Assembly: GCA_947475525.1 (NCBI GenBank)
Contig: CANJMI010000006.1
Coordinates: forward strand, 204,162 to 268,161
DNA from: Polyangiaceae bacterium
Lineage (GTDB): Bacteria > Myxococcota_A > Polyangia > Polyangiales > Polyangiaceae
Length of the DNA stretch: 64,000 nt
Direction: 5' to 3'
Shown: in pieces, positions 55,216 through 63,168 of the stretch
How positions within the stretch are numbered: the first letter of the stretch is position 1
Layout: each line of letters begins with the position of its first letter
Translations under genes and position numbers: made by a program
Notes under the pieces: model-generated
What the model was told of the DNA's origin: nothing
Database searches by the model: none
What the model saw: the letters and a program-made list of their open reading frames with translations, nothing else

Positions 55216-57315
55216 TCAGGGAGCCTTCGGACCGCCCTTGCTCGACTGAGGAGCACGCGGAGTCGAGGCGGCTGGACCCATCAGTCGCTTCAGCTCATCG
55301 CCGAGTTTTCCATCGTCACCGATGTGGTCCGCGAGCAGGGCCTGCAGCGTCTTGGAGTTCTGGACCGCGCCGTCGATCGACGAGCCGACACCGACAGCCT
55401 TGACGAAGCGATCGAAGAAGGCGCCGTCGCCACCGACGATGTTGATGCTGGCCTTTTCGAAAGCCTTCGAGAGAATCAAAGCCTGCTGGCCTGCAACCGC
55501 GATGCGGGTCTCAAGCTCCTGCATCGCGATGTCCTTCTGCGTCTGGAGTCGCAGCCGGAACTCTTCATGCTCGCGGCTGTCCCCTTCGAGGCCTTGCATC
55601 GCCTCGGTCTTCTGCTTCAGCCCCTCGGCCTCCGCGAACATGCGCGCCTTGATCGCCTCGGCATCGGCGTGCCTGCCGGCCACCTCGGCGAGCAACTTCT
55701 CGCGCACGGCCGTCGCCTCGGCACGACCTAGCTTCTCGACCGCAACCGACTCCGCCTCCTTGACCTGGACCGAAGCCAGACCGCGCTGCTGCAAGCCGGC
55801 GGCCTCGGCGAATTCCTTGCGCTTGATGTTCTCCGCGTCGACGGTGCCTTCGCGCTCGCGCAGCGTGACCTCGGCGTCGCGGACGCGCACCTTGGCAAGA
55901 CCTTGTTTCTCGATCGCCGCCGCGTCGGCTTCCTTCACGCGGACCTCGGCGAGGCCCGTGGCTGCCTGCTCCGCCTGCACGCCCTCGGCGAGCCTCATCT
56001 TGGCGCGAGCATCGCGATCGGCGGCTTCGAGCTCCGCGTCCGCGAGCAACATGCGCTGACGCGCCCGGTGCTTTGCGACCTCCTCGTCAGCCTCCGCTTT
56101 GCGGACCTCCTTGACGAGCACTTCCTGAGCCGCGCCTTCGGCATGGATGACCTTCGCGTCTTTTTCGCGTTTGGCCGCTGCGAGGGTCCGAATATCCTTG
56201 ATGGCTTCCTCTTCGGTCGCGACCGTCTTCTCGACGGAAATGCGATCGCGCACGACGTCCGCGATCTTCTTCTTCTTAATCTCGAGCTCTTCTTGCCGCT
56301 CGATGTCGCGAAGCTGAACCTCCTTGTTTCGGCCGATGTCCTCGAGCTCTTTGGCCTTCGTGACACGGACTTGTTCTACGGCGAGCTCGCGCAGGCGCGC
56401 TTGTTCGGCCACCATCACCGCGCGCTGGCGATTTTGCTCGGCAACCTGGCCCTCTTCGTTGGCTTTTTCGAGGGTCTTCTTGGTCTTCAGCTGTTCGTCG
56501 ATTTGGGTGCGACGCGCATCTTCGCTCTCGCGGGACTGCGCCATCGTGATCTCTTTGTTGCGCTTGGCCTCGGCGTCGGCGCGTTGCTGATCGTAGCGAA
56601 ACACGGCCTCATCGGACGTGAGGTTTTGCTTGCCGATCTCCATGCGCTCGCGCTGCTTCAGCTCGTTGGTTTCGATGTTGCGCTGGGTCGTGATCGACGT
56701 GATCTTTCGAATGCCGTCGGCATCGAGGATGTTCTCGGGATCGAGGAGCTCGAGGGGAGTCTGCTCGACGAAATCGATCGCCGCGTCTTCGAGAACGTAG
56801 CCGTTTAGATCTTTGCCGATCATCCCAATGATGTCGTCGCGGAAGCGCTCGCGCTGCGTGTAGAGATCCTCGAAATCGAGTCCTTTACCTACGCTTTTCA
56901 GCGCTTCGGAGAATTTCGCGGCGAAGAGAACGTCGAGGGTGTTCTGGTCGCTCGCGCGGACGCAGCCGAGCGACTGAGCCACTCGGAGAACGTCCTCGAC
57001 GGTCTTGTTCACACGGACGAAGAAGGTAACTTTGATGTCCGCGCGAATGTTGTCGCGACAGATCAGCCCCTCTTTGCCGCGGCGGTCGATCTCGATCGTC
57101 TTGACGGAGATGTCCATCACCTCGGAGCGATTGATGATCGGCAGGACGACGGCACCGTTGAAGGTGACCTTCTGTCCGGTCGTGGAATTGATGATCAAGG
57201 CCCTGCCCTGCTCCACCATTCGATAGAAGCGCGCCAGCATCACAAAGACGCCAATCACGAAGACGACCAGTAGCCCCAAGACGATCAACCAGAATTCAAG
57301 CATCGGACCCTCCAA
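55216..57315 (-). CDS. flotillin-like SPFH/band-7 protein (YqiK-like) with an extended E/A/K/R-rich coiled-coil
   Basis: N-terminal TM helix, SPFH domain (ALIINSTTGQKVTFNGAVVLPIINRSEVMDISVKTIEID...), then ~400 aa of EA-rich coiled-coil. Confidence 0.9.
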   Translation of the reverse strand: MEGPMLEFWLIVLGLLVVFVIGVFVMLARFYRMVEQGRALIINSTTGQKVTFNGAVVLPIINRSEVMDISVKTIEIDRRGKEGLICRDNIRADIKVTFFVRVNKTVEDVLRVAQSLGCVRASDQNTLDVLFAAKFSEALKSVGKGLDFEDLYTQRERFRDDIIGMIGKDLNGYVLEDAAIDFVEQTPLELLDPENILDADGIRKITSITTQRNIETNELKQRERMEIGKQNLTSDEAVFRYDQQRADAEAKRNKEITMAQSRESEDARRTQIDEQLKTKKTLEKANEEGQVAEQNRQRAVMVAEQARLRELAVEQVRVTKAKELEDIGRNKEVQLRDIERQEELEIKKKKIADVVRDRISVEKTVATEEEAIKDIRTLAAAKREKDAKVIHAEGAAQEVLVKEVRKAEADEEVAKHRARQRMLLADAELEAADRDARAKMRLAEGVQAEQAATGLAEVRVKEADAAAIEKQGLAKVRVRDAEVTLREREGTVDAENIKRKEFAEAAGLQQRGLASVQVKEAESVAVEKLGRAEATAVREKLLAEVAGRHADAEAIKARMFAEAEGLKQKTEAMQGLEGDSREHEEFRLRLQTQKDIAMQELETRIAVAGQQALILSKAFEKASINIVGGDGAFFDRFVKAVGVGSSIDGAVQNSKTLQALLADHIGDDGKLGDELKRLMGPAASTPRAPQSSKGGPKAP

Positions 57316-57318
57316 CCG

Positions 57319-58173
57319 TTAGCTGTTCGAGCGGGTCGAGTCGTCTCGCCCCGTTCCCTCGTGCCCCAAAAGTTCGTCGTAGGGCTCCACCAGGTAGGCC
57401 CCACGCGCTTCGTCGTAATCGATGACGATCGCGGAATCTCCGCGCTTCAGACGTCCGCTCGTTGCGGCCCCCGCAGCTGAGCCGTCAGCTACCGCCACGC
57501 GCAGCCGAGTCGTATCGATTCTCACGTCGATGACGAGCTCCGCACCTTCGTCTTGGAGGGTCGCCTGCCCAAAGCCTTCGTCTACGCGACCGCTGCGGAT
57601 CTCACACACCGCGCCGACCAGCTCGTGGCGCTTGCGCCCCTCGGACGTCTTGAAGAGCCCTTCGAGTGGGCGCGTCGCGAGCGAGGTCATCGGCACGGCG
57701 GCAACGAGCGAGCCCAAGAAAAGCAGCGCACCGAAGAGACCGCTCGGCATCACCGTGAGCGCGAGCGGGCCGAGCAGACGCATCCCGCAGAACGTTGCGA
57801 TCCAGCCGAACAGCGCAAAGAAACTCAGCGTCACGGTCAGTGGCACGCGCCGCAGATTGAAGAACGCGGCGGCAGAGCCAGCCTCGTCAATCCCCGGAGC
57901 GTCGGCTGCATGACCCGCCGTCGCATGACCCGCCGCCGCGTGCCCGTCGAGCGCACTCGCAGCCGCCTCGCCTTTCGCCGCGGCCGCGTCGAGTAGGCCG
58001 CCGGCGACCTCGCCTTTCGCCAGCGCCGCGTCGAGAAGGCCCCCGTGGTCGCCTCCACCATCGAGGTCGACCGCGCCCGCGATCACCAGCAACCAATACG
58101 CGACGATGAGCACCAGCACGCCGGAATAAATCACGGTCGGAAAGGCCAATAGTGCGCTCGTCAACTCCCCCAT
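57319..58173 (-). CDS. YqiJ/NfeD-like membrane protein (OB-fold C-terminus); partner of flotillin
   Basis: Several TM helices. C-terminal beta-rich segment LVGAVCEIRSGRV...GSAAGAATSGRLKRGDSAIVIDYDEARGAYLVEP matches the NfeD short-form pattern. Lies 4 bp upstream of flotillin. Confidence 0.75.
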   Translation of the reverse strand: MGELTSALLAFPTVIYSGVLVLIVAYWLLVIAGAVDLDGGGDHGGLLDAALAKGEVAGGLLDAAAAKGEAAASALDGHAAAGHATAGHAADAPGIDEAGSAAAFFNLRRVPLTVTLSFFALFGWIATFCGMRLLGPLALTVMPSGLFGALLFLGSLVAAVPMTSLATRPLEGLFKTSEGRKRHELVGAVCEIRSGRVDEGFGQATLQDEGAELVIDVRIDTTRLRVAVADGSAAGAATSGRLKRGDSAIVIDYDEARGAYLVEPYDELLGHEGTGRDDSTRSNS

Positions 58174-58246
58174 TCGCGTGGCGCAGCGTAGGCTCGAACG
58201 GTGAGGTCCACAAGCGAGGAGTGCTCGTCAGGGAGTGCGACCGGCG

Positions 58247-58768
58247 TCACGCCTCGGAGTCGCCAGGGCCGTCTTCGCGAGGCGCGAGCACCCCGGCCGA
58301 TGCGCTCCCCAAACGAAGCGCGCGCAGCTCTTGCAGAACCGCATCGAGACGCTCGACGACCGCATCGTTGGTCGCGACCGCGGGGACTTGAGCCTCGCAC
58401 GGTGGTCTGAGCGCGGACGCCGCGAGCGACGGCCCAAGGGCATGCACGACCGCCGCTATCATCTGCCCAGCCTGCGTCCGCGGATGGATCTCGTGGTAGC
58501 CGACGCTCAGGCTCGTGGAGATGTAGACGAGCGCATCGGCGTAGGTTGTCACCCGCGGATTTTCGTCGTGCTCCGCTTGGTAGAAAAGCCAGGCCGCGCC
58601 GGCGGTGAAGCGAAAGAGCGCGTCGATCGGATCTTTTTCAACCTCGCTTCGAAGCGTGGACTTCAAGCCCTCGAGGCTCAGGTCTTCGCCCGTCGCGGCA
58701 AACAGCACCGCCGCGTTGAGCGCGAGCGCCGCCAGTCCTTGTTTGCGTGGCTTCTCGGTCGAGCTCAT
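58247..58768 (-). CDS. small pore-loop (2TM K+-channel-like, Ion_trans_2-type) protein with a degenerate selectivity filter (SVGYHE instead of TVGYGD)
   Basis: TTYADALVYISTSLSVGYHEIHPRTQAGQMIAAVVHALG parallels the K-channel pore helix, filter and inner helix. High GC3. The start ATG overlaps the stop of the upstream PBP gene (ATGA). Confidence 0.6.
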   Translation of the reverse strand: MSSTEKPRKQGLAALALNAAVLFAATGEDLSLEGLKSTLRSEVEKDPIDALFRFTAGAAWLFYQAEHDENPRVTTYADALVYISTSLSVGYHEIHPRTQAGQMIAAVVHALGPSLAASALRPPCEAQVPAVATNDAVVERLDAVLQELRALRLGSASAGVLAPREDGPGDSEA

Positions 58769-60306
58769 TGGGGCGGCACCACCATCACCGTATCGAAGTC
58801 GGTGAAGGCTTTGTTCGGCACCCACACCTCGATCGGCCCCGGTGCTTCTCCGCGCGCGGGGTCAAAATCGAGTGGGCCCGATATTCCGTAGATATCGATG
58901 TTTTTTCCGCCCGTGAGCGCCGCGGCGGCCTTCGTAAAATCCGTCTGACCGACGTTCACCGGACTGCCGCTCGAGAGACGCGTCAACCCTGCCGCAACAT
59001 CGAAGCCGTCGAAGCCAGCCACCGCGTGTTTCGCCGCCGTCAGCCCGTAGAGCAAACCGTATGCGCCGACGTACGCGGCATCGTAGCTGTGCGACACGAA
59101 GCCAAAGCCGGTGACGGTCACGCCATAGAGGCTGTTCATTTGCTGCACGAATTTTGCGTAGGCGGCCGCGGCGTTCGGGTCGAAAGCGGCGGGGCCGGTA
59201 CCGACCGCAGCACGAATGAGAGCCTGAACCTCCTTCGGCTGTTTCGGGTCGAGGATCACCGTGCTCCGCGAGCCATCGGTGAGAAAGAGTTTCGGCGTCG
59301 TGAACGCGTTCTTCGCGGCTTCGTTTAAGAACGTCAACGTGGTCGCGGCGTCGGACGCGACGACCAGGAGTGCGGCGGCGTTCTTTGCCTTCGCATCGAC
59401 GGCGGCCTTTGCAAGATCGGTCGCGAGGTTCGAGTCAACGCGGAACGGCAGCGAGGTCATCGTGTTGCCGGCGGCCGTCCAGCCTTCACGAAACGCGGTC
59501 TCGATGCCGCTGCCGTAGGCGTCGTTTTGATAGACGACCGTCACCGAGGTCACCATCGACTTCGCGATTTCTCCGACAAGCACGGCCGCTTGAAGCGTGT
59601 CGCGCGGGCACGTGCGCCAAAACAAGCCGGTCATCCGCCCGTCGAAGACGACCGGGTCATCGGTGAGCCCCGCCGCCGTTGCCGAAGGTGAGATAAGCGT
59701 CGTCGGGAGGGCCTTCACTTTGAGCACGCCGATGGCCGCAGCCACGTTGGCGCTCGAGGCGGGACCGAGAATCAGCGGCACACCGAGCGAGCCTGCCAAG
59801 TACTCCGTGAGCCGCGCCGTCTCGACGCTGTCGGTCGTGGTCGCGGTCGCGTCGTTGCGACACACGAGCAGCGCGACATCGAGGCCATCGATGCCGCCCG
59901 CCACGTTGATCTCGTCGACCGCGAGCCGCATCGCGCTCGCCCGTGCGTTCTGACTTGTGGTGTCTTTGAGCAGGGCGCCTATCAGCAGTCGATCGCCGAC
60001 GGTGCCCGGAAATTCGCCCGCGAGCGAAGGGGGTTCACTGAGGGAGCAGCGCGGCTCAGCGGCGGCAAGTGCGCAACGCTGAGCTTCACAGGTTGCCCCG
60101 TAACCGAAGGTCTTGCGGCAGTCGCTCGTCGTCTCGCACGTCGCGGGGTCGGTGCAGTAACCGTCCGCACACGCGCTGCCGGCGCCGAAGGCCACGGCGC
60201 ACGCGCCATCGGTCGCGCATCGCTCAGGCGAAAGATTGCCGAAGGAGCACCCCGTGAGGGCGAGCGCGACGATGGCGGCAAGCGAGGAGCGAGACACGGT
60301 GTGCAT
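58765..60306 (-). CDS. type I periplasmic binding protein (LIVBP/ANF-receptor-like, Peripla_BP_6) lipoprotein with a Cys-rich N-terminal module
   Basis: Lipobox ALALTGCS, 14 Cys in the first ~90 aa, then a PBP fold (LLIGALLKDTTSQNARASAMRLAVDEINVAGGIDG...LILGPASSANVAAAIGV). No ABC permease or ATPase genes nearby. Confidence 0.75.
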   Translation of the reverse strand: MHTVSRSSLAAIVALALTGCSFGNLSPERCATDGACAVAFGAGSACADGYCTDPATCETTSDCRKTFGYGATCEAQRCALAAAEPRCSLSEPPSLAGEFPGTVGDRLLIGALLKDTTSQNARASAMRLAVDEINVAGGIDGLDVALLVCRNDATATTTDSVETARLTEYLAGSLGVPLILGPASSANVAAAIGVLKVKALPTTLISPSATAAGLTDDPVVFDGRMTGLFWRTCPRDTLQAAVLVGEIAKSMVTSVTVVYQNDAYGSGIETAFREGWTAAGNTMTSLPFRVDSNLATDLAKAAVDAKAKNAAALLVVASDAATTLTFLNEAAKNAFTTPKLFLTDGSRSTVILDPKQPKEVQALIRAAVGTGPAAFDPNAAAAYAKFVQQMNSLYGVTVTGFGFVSHSYDAAYVGAYGLLYGLTAAKHAVAGFDGFDVAAGLTRLSSGSPVNVGQTDFTKAAAALTGGKNIDIYGISGPLDFDPARGEAPGPIEVWVPNKAFTDFDTVMVVPPQ

Positions 60307-60312
60307 GCTACC

Positions 60313-61941
60313 TCACTTCGCCTTTGGACTCGCGTCGACGTGCAGGCCGAGCTGCGCGCGCTCGAGCATCAGCCCCTCGATGGCGGCGCGGTCGGCAAGC
60401 GTCGGGCGCCCCCATTCGGGCTCGTAGCCGAACACCTCGGTGGCCGACCGCACGACGAAACCGGGATCGACGATGGCAAGTCGATCGAGCGGCACGAGCG
60501 ACGGATGAGACACACCGCATGCACCGCCGAGAGAGAGAAGTTCCTTCCGCAGCGTGGCAAGATAGTTCGCTAGCCGAGCCGACTTGTCGGTGGGATCGAG
60601 GCCTCGCATCAACCATGCGCTCTGGGTCGCGACCCCGCTCGGGCAGTTGCCCGTGTGGCACTCCTGAGCCTGGATGCACCCAAGCGCGAGCATCGCCTCC
60701 CGCGCGACGTTGAGCATGTCGCAACCCATCGCGAGCGCGAGCAATCCGACCCCGGGAAAACCGAGCTTGCCCGAGCCGATGATGACAACCTTCTCCTGGA
60801 CGCCGCGAGCCGCCAACGCTCGATAAACCGATGCGAGCCCAAGCTTGAAAGGCAACGCGACGTGGTCCGCGAAGACCAGCGGGGCTGCGCCTGTGCCACC
60901 TTCTCCGCCATCGATGGTGATGAAGTCCGGGGCGCGACCCGTCGTGTCGATAAGCCGCGCGAGGTCGTCCCAAAACGAAAGCTCACCGACGGCGCTCTTG
61001 ATGCCGACGGGCAGACCCGTGGCGTCGGCCAGCCGCTCGATGAAGTCGAGCATCGAGTCGGTGTCCTTGAAGGCTCGGTGATGCGCGGGACTGATGCAGT
61101 CTTGACCGAGCGGGATCAGGCGAATCTTTGCAATTTCGGGCGTCACTTTGGCGGCGGGAAGCACGCCACCGAGGCCGGGCTTCGCGCCTTGACTCAATTT
61201 GAGTTCGATCGCTCGAACGGGAGCCGAGGCCACCGCCTCCAGGAAGCGCTCCATGGAAAAGCCGCCGCGCTCGTCGCGGCAACCGAAGTAGCCGGTGCCG
61301 ATCTGCCAGACGAGGTCACCGCCATGGCGATGGTGCTCCGAGATCCCTCCTTCGCCCGTGTTCTGCATCGCGCCGGCGAGCTTCACGCCGCGATTGAGTG
61401 CCTGGATGGCGTTCGGGCTCAGTGAGCCGAAGCTCATCGCTGAGGTGTTGACGATCGACGAAGGGCGAAAGGCTTTCTTCCGACCGCGATGAGCACCGAG
61501 CACTTTGGCAGCCGGACACGCGAAGGAGGCATCGAAGCCCGGCTCGCCGGCATGCGGCAAGTGGAGTGGAAAAGTCGAATGCCGAACGATGACGTAGCCC
61601 GGTGATGTCTCCAAATCGTTGTCTGTCCCGAAGCCGAAGTAGTTGTTCTCCTTCTTTGCGGACGCGTAAATCCAGCGGCGCTGGTCGCGTGAGAATGGGC
61701 GCTCCTCGTCATTTTTCGCGACGAAATACTGGCGAACCGGCGGACCGAGCAGCTCGAGCCAGTAGCGTCCGTGCCCGACGAGCGGAAAATTGCGGAGGAT
61801 CGCGTGCTTCTTCTGCGTGAGATCGCGCACGACGACGAGCACGAGGAAACTTGCGATGACGATGGCGACCCAGCCGGAGGTTGGCACCCGCGGAAGCCTA
61901 CCTGCGACCGTAACGACTCGGTGAGCAAAGTCGCCATCCAT
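60313..61941 (-). CDS. FMN-binding glutamate-synthase-family protein (GltS domain-2-like) with N-terminal TM anchor
   Basis: The central GltS_FMN motifs ([14 protein letters not shown]...[26 protein letters not shown]...[15 protein letters not shown]...[13 protein letters not shown]) are all present. Confidence 0.85.
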   Translation of the reverse strand: MDGDFAHRVVTVAGRLPRVPTSGWVAIVIASFLVLVVVRDLTQKKHAILRNFPLVGHGRYWLELLGPPVRQYFVAKNDEERPFSRDQRRWIYASAKKENNYFGFGTDNDLETSPGYVIVRHSTFPLHLPHAGEPGFDASFACPAAKVLGAHRGRKKAFRPSSIVNTSAMSFGSLSPNAIQALNRGVKLAGAMQNTGEGGISEHHRHGGDLVWQIGTGYFGCRDERGGFSMERFLEAVASAPVRAIELKLSQGAKPGLGGVLPAAKVTPEIAKIRLIPLGQDCISPAHHRAFKDTDSMLDFIERLADATGLPVGIKSAVGELSFWDDLARLIDTTGRAPDFITIDGGEGGTGAAPLVFADHVALPFKLGLASVYRALAARGVQEKVVIIGSGKLGFPGVGLLALAMGCDMLNVAREAMLALGCIQAQECHTGNCPSGVATQSAWLMRGLDPTDKSARLANYLATLRKELLSLGGACGVSHPSLVPLDRLAIVDPGFVVRSATEVFGYEPEWGRPTLADRAAIEGLMLERAQLGLHVDASPKAK

Positions 61942-62118
61942 GCGTTATGCCGCGATGGTGAGGGAGCGCGGTTCGGCGACGAAGCCGGGCAATCGCCTCC
62001 GCATCGCGTTCGAAGCGCCCAAGAGCGTGCGCGGCAGGGCGCAGCCGCTGCACGACAGCTACGAGGACTATCGCTCTCGGTAAAACGTCACGCTGGCCGT
62101 GGTAACCTTCGCGGCTTG

Positions 62119-62819
62119 ATGAGTACGCATGATGACGCGCCGCCGCCGCTCTCGGTGCCGAGTTTTCCGGTGCCCACGGGTCGCAACGACTCGCCGCGGA
62201 TTCTTATCCTTTACGGCTCGCTTCGCGAACGCTCCTACAGCCGGCTGCTCGCCGAGGAGGCGGCGCGGATCCTCGAGGGGCTCTCGTGCGAGGTGCGTTT
62301 CTTTCATCCCCACGACCTCCCGATCAAAGCCCCTGGTCACGATGGCCATCCCGAAGTTCAGCGTTTGCGCGAGCTTTCCCTTTGGTCGGACGGGCAAGTG
62401 TGGTCCTGCCCCGAGATGCATGGAGCGATCACCGGCGTATTCAAGAATCAGCTCGATTGGATCCCCCTCGAGCTCGGTGCGGTTCGGCCTACCCAGGGGC
62501 GCACGCTGGCGGTGATGCAGGTGTGTGGTGGCTTATAATTGTTCAATGTCGTCAACACGTTGCGACTGCTTTTGGGCGTTGGATGCGGATGCTCGCTATT
62601 CCGAATCAATCATCGGTCCCGAAACCCTACGAACAGTTTCGCGAGAACGGCCGCATGAAAGATTCCGCGTACCGTGACCGCCTCGTGGACGTGATGGAAG
62701 AACTCTACAAGTTCACCTGGCTGACCCGAGACATTCGAGAGTTTCTCGTCGATCGGTACAGCGAACGGCGCGAGGCGACGGCCAAGGCCCTCGTGAGCGC
62801 GGCCCAATTGCAATGGTGA
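62119..62819 (+). pseudogene. arsH: arsH (NADPH-dependent FMN reductase ArsH) disrupted by an in-frame TAA (62536-62538) and a frameshift in a G/T run near 62575-62579
   Basis: The first frame ([11 protein letters not shown]...[27 protein letters not shown]...AVMQVCGGL*) matches the ArsH N-terminal half. The ArsH C-terminal half ([53 protein letters not shown]...) continues in another frame. Where ArsH has GGSQSFNAVN, this sequence reads GGL*LFNVVN. Confidence 0.75.
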
Positions 62820-62884
62820 ACTGTTATTGAGGTTTTGTTGGCACCTTTGCCGAGATCTGGAGACTGCGTCGGCTTTCACAGGAA

Positions 62885-63051
62885 AACCTTGACCACTTGA
62901 CTGATGACTTAACTCACGCTTGACTTACAACCGTGTCCTACGAACCCCAATTCACGATCAGCCCGCACCTGCTTTCGCTGGTGGAGGAGTCCGCCAGAAG
63001 CCATGCGGGAGCGTGGCGCGCGGACAAAAAAACGCGACAAATACCTATAAT
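62885..63051 (+). promoter_or_regulatory. AT-rich intergenic region with clustered TTGAC(C/T) direct repeats and a sigma70-like -35/-10 (GGACAA-18 bp-TATAAT at 63022/63046) upstream of hsdM
   Basis: TTGACC/TTGACT/TGACTT/TTGACT at 62889-62926. TATAAT at 63046-63051. Local GC drops sharply relative to the window. Confidence 0.3.
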
Positions 63052-63168
63052 TCATTGCAAATGTGGATTATTGGGCGTGTTGTTCGCGAGCGAAAAAGAG
63101 TAACGTGGCGCGCTGTGAGCACTCGATGCCGCCGACATGACGAAAACACTCTGGAACCGTAGGTAGAT

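Noticed and set aside
54129-55403. 424-aa plus-strand ORF across the giant-ATPase/flotillin junction
   Set aside because: Opposite strand to two strongly supported genes. It spans their intergenic junction, which real genes rarely do. No motifs.
61957-62076. 39-aa ORF ([42 protein letters not shown]) between the GltS-like gene and arsH
   Set aside because: Too short, no recognisable motif. It could be a leader peptide but there is no evidence. I did consider it as an ArsR fragment, and rejected that because no HTH is present.
62920-63162. 80-aa ORF in the AT-rich spacer before hsdM
   Set aside because: Lies in a region with promoter-like signals (TTGAC repeats, TATAAT). Composition is unlike either the host or hsdM genes. 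No Shine-Dalgarno sequence.
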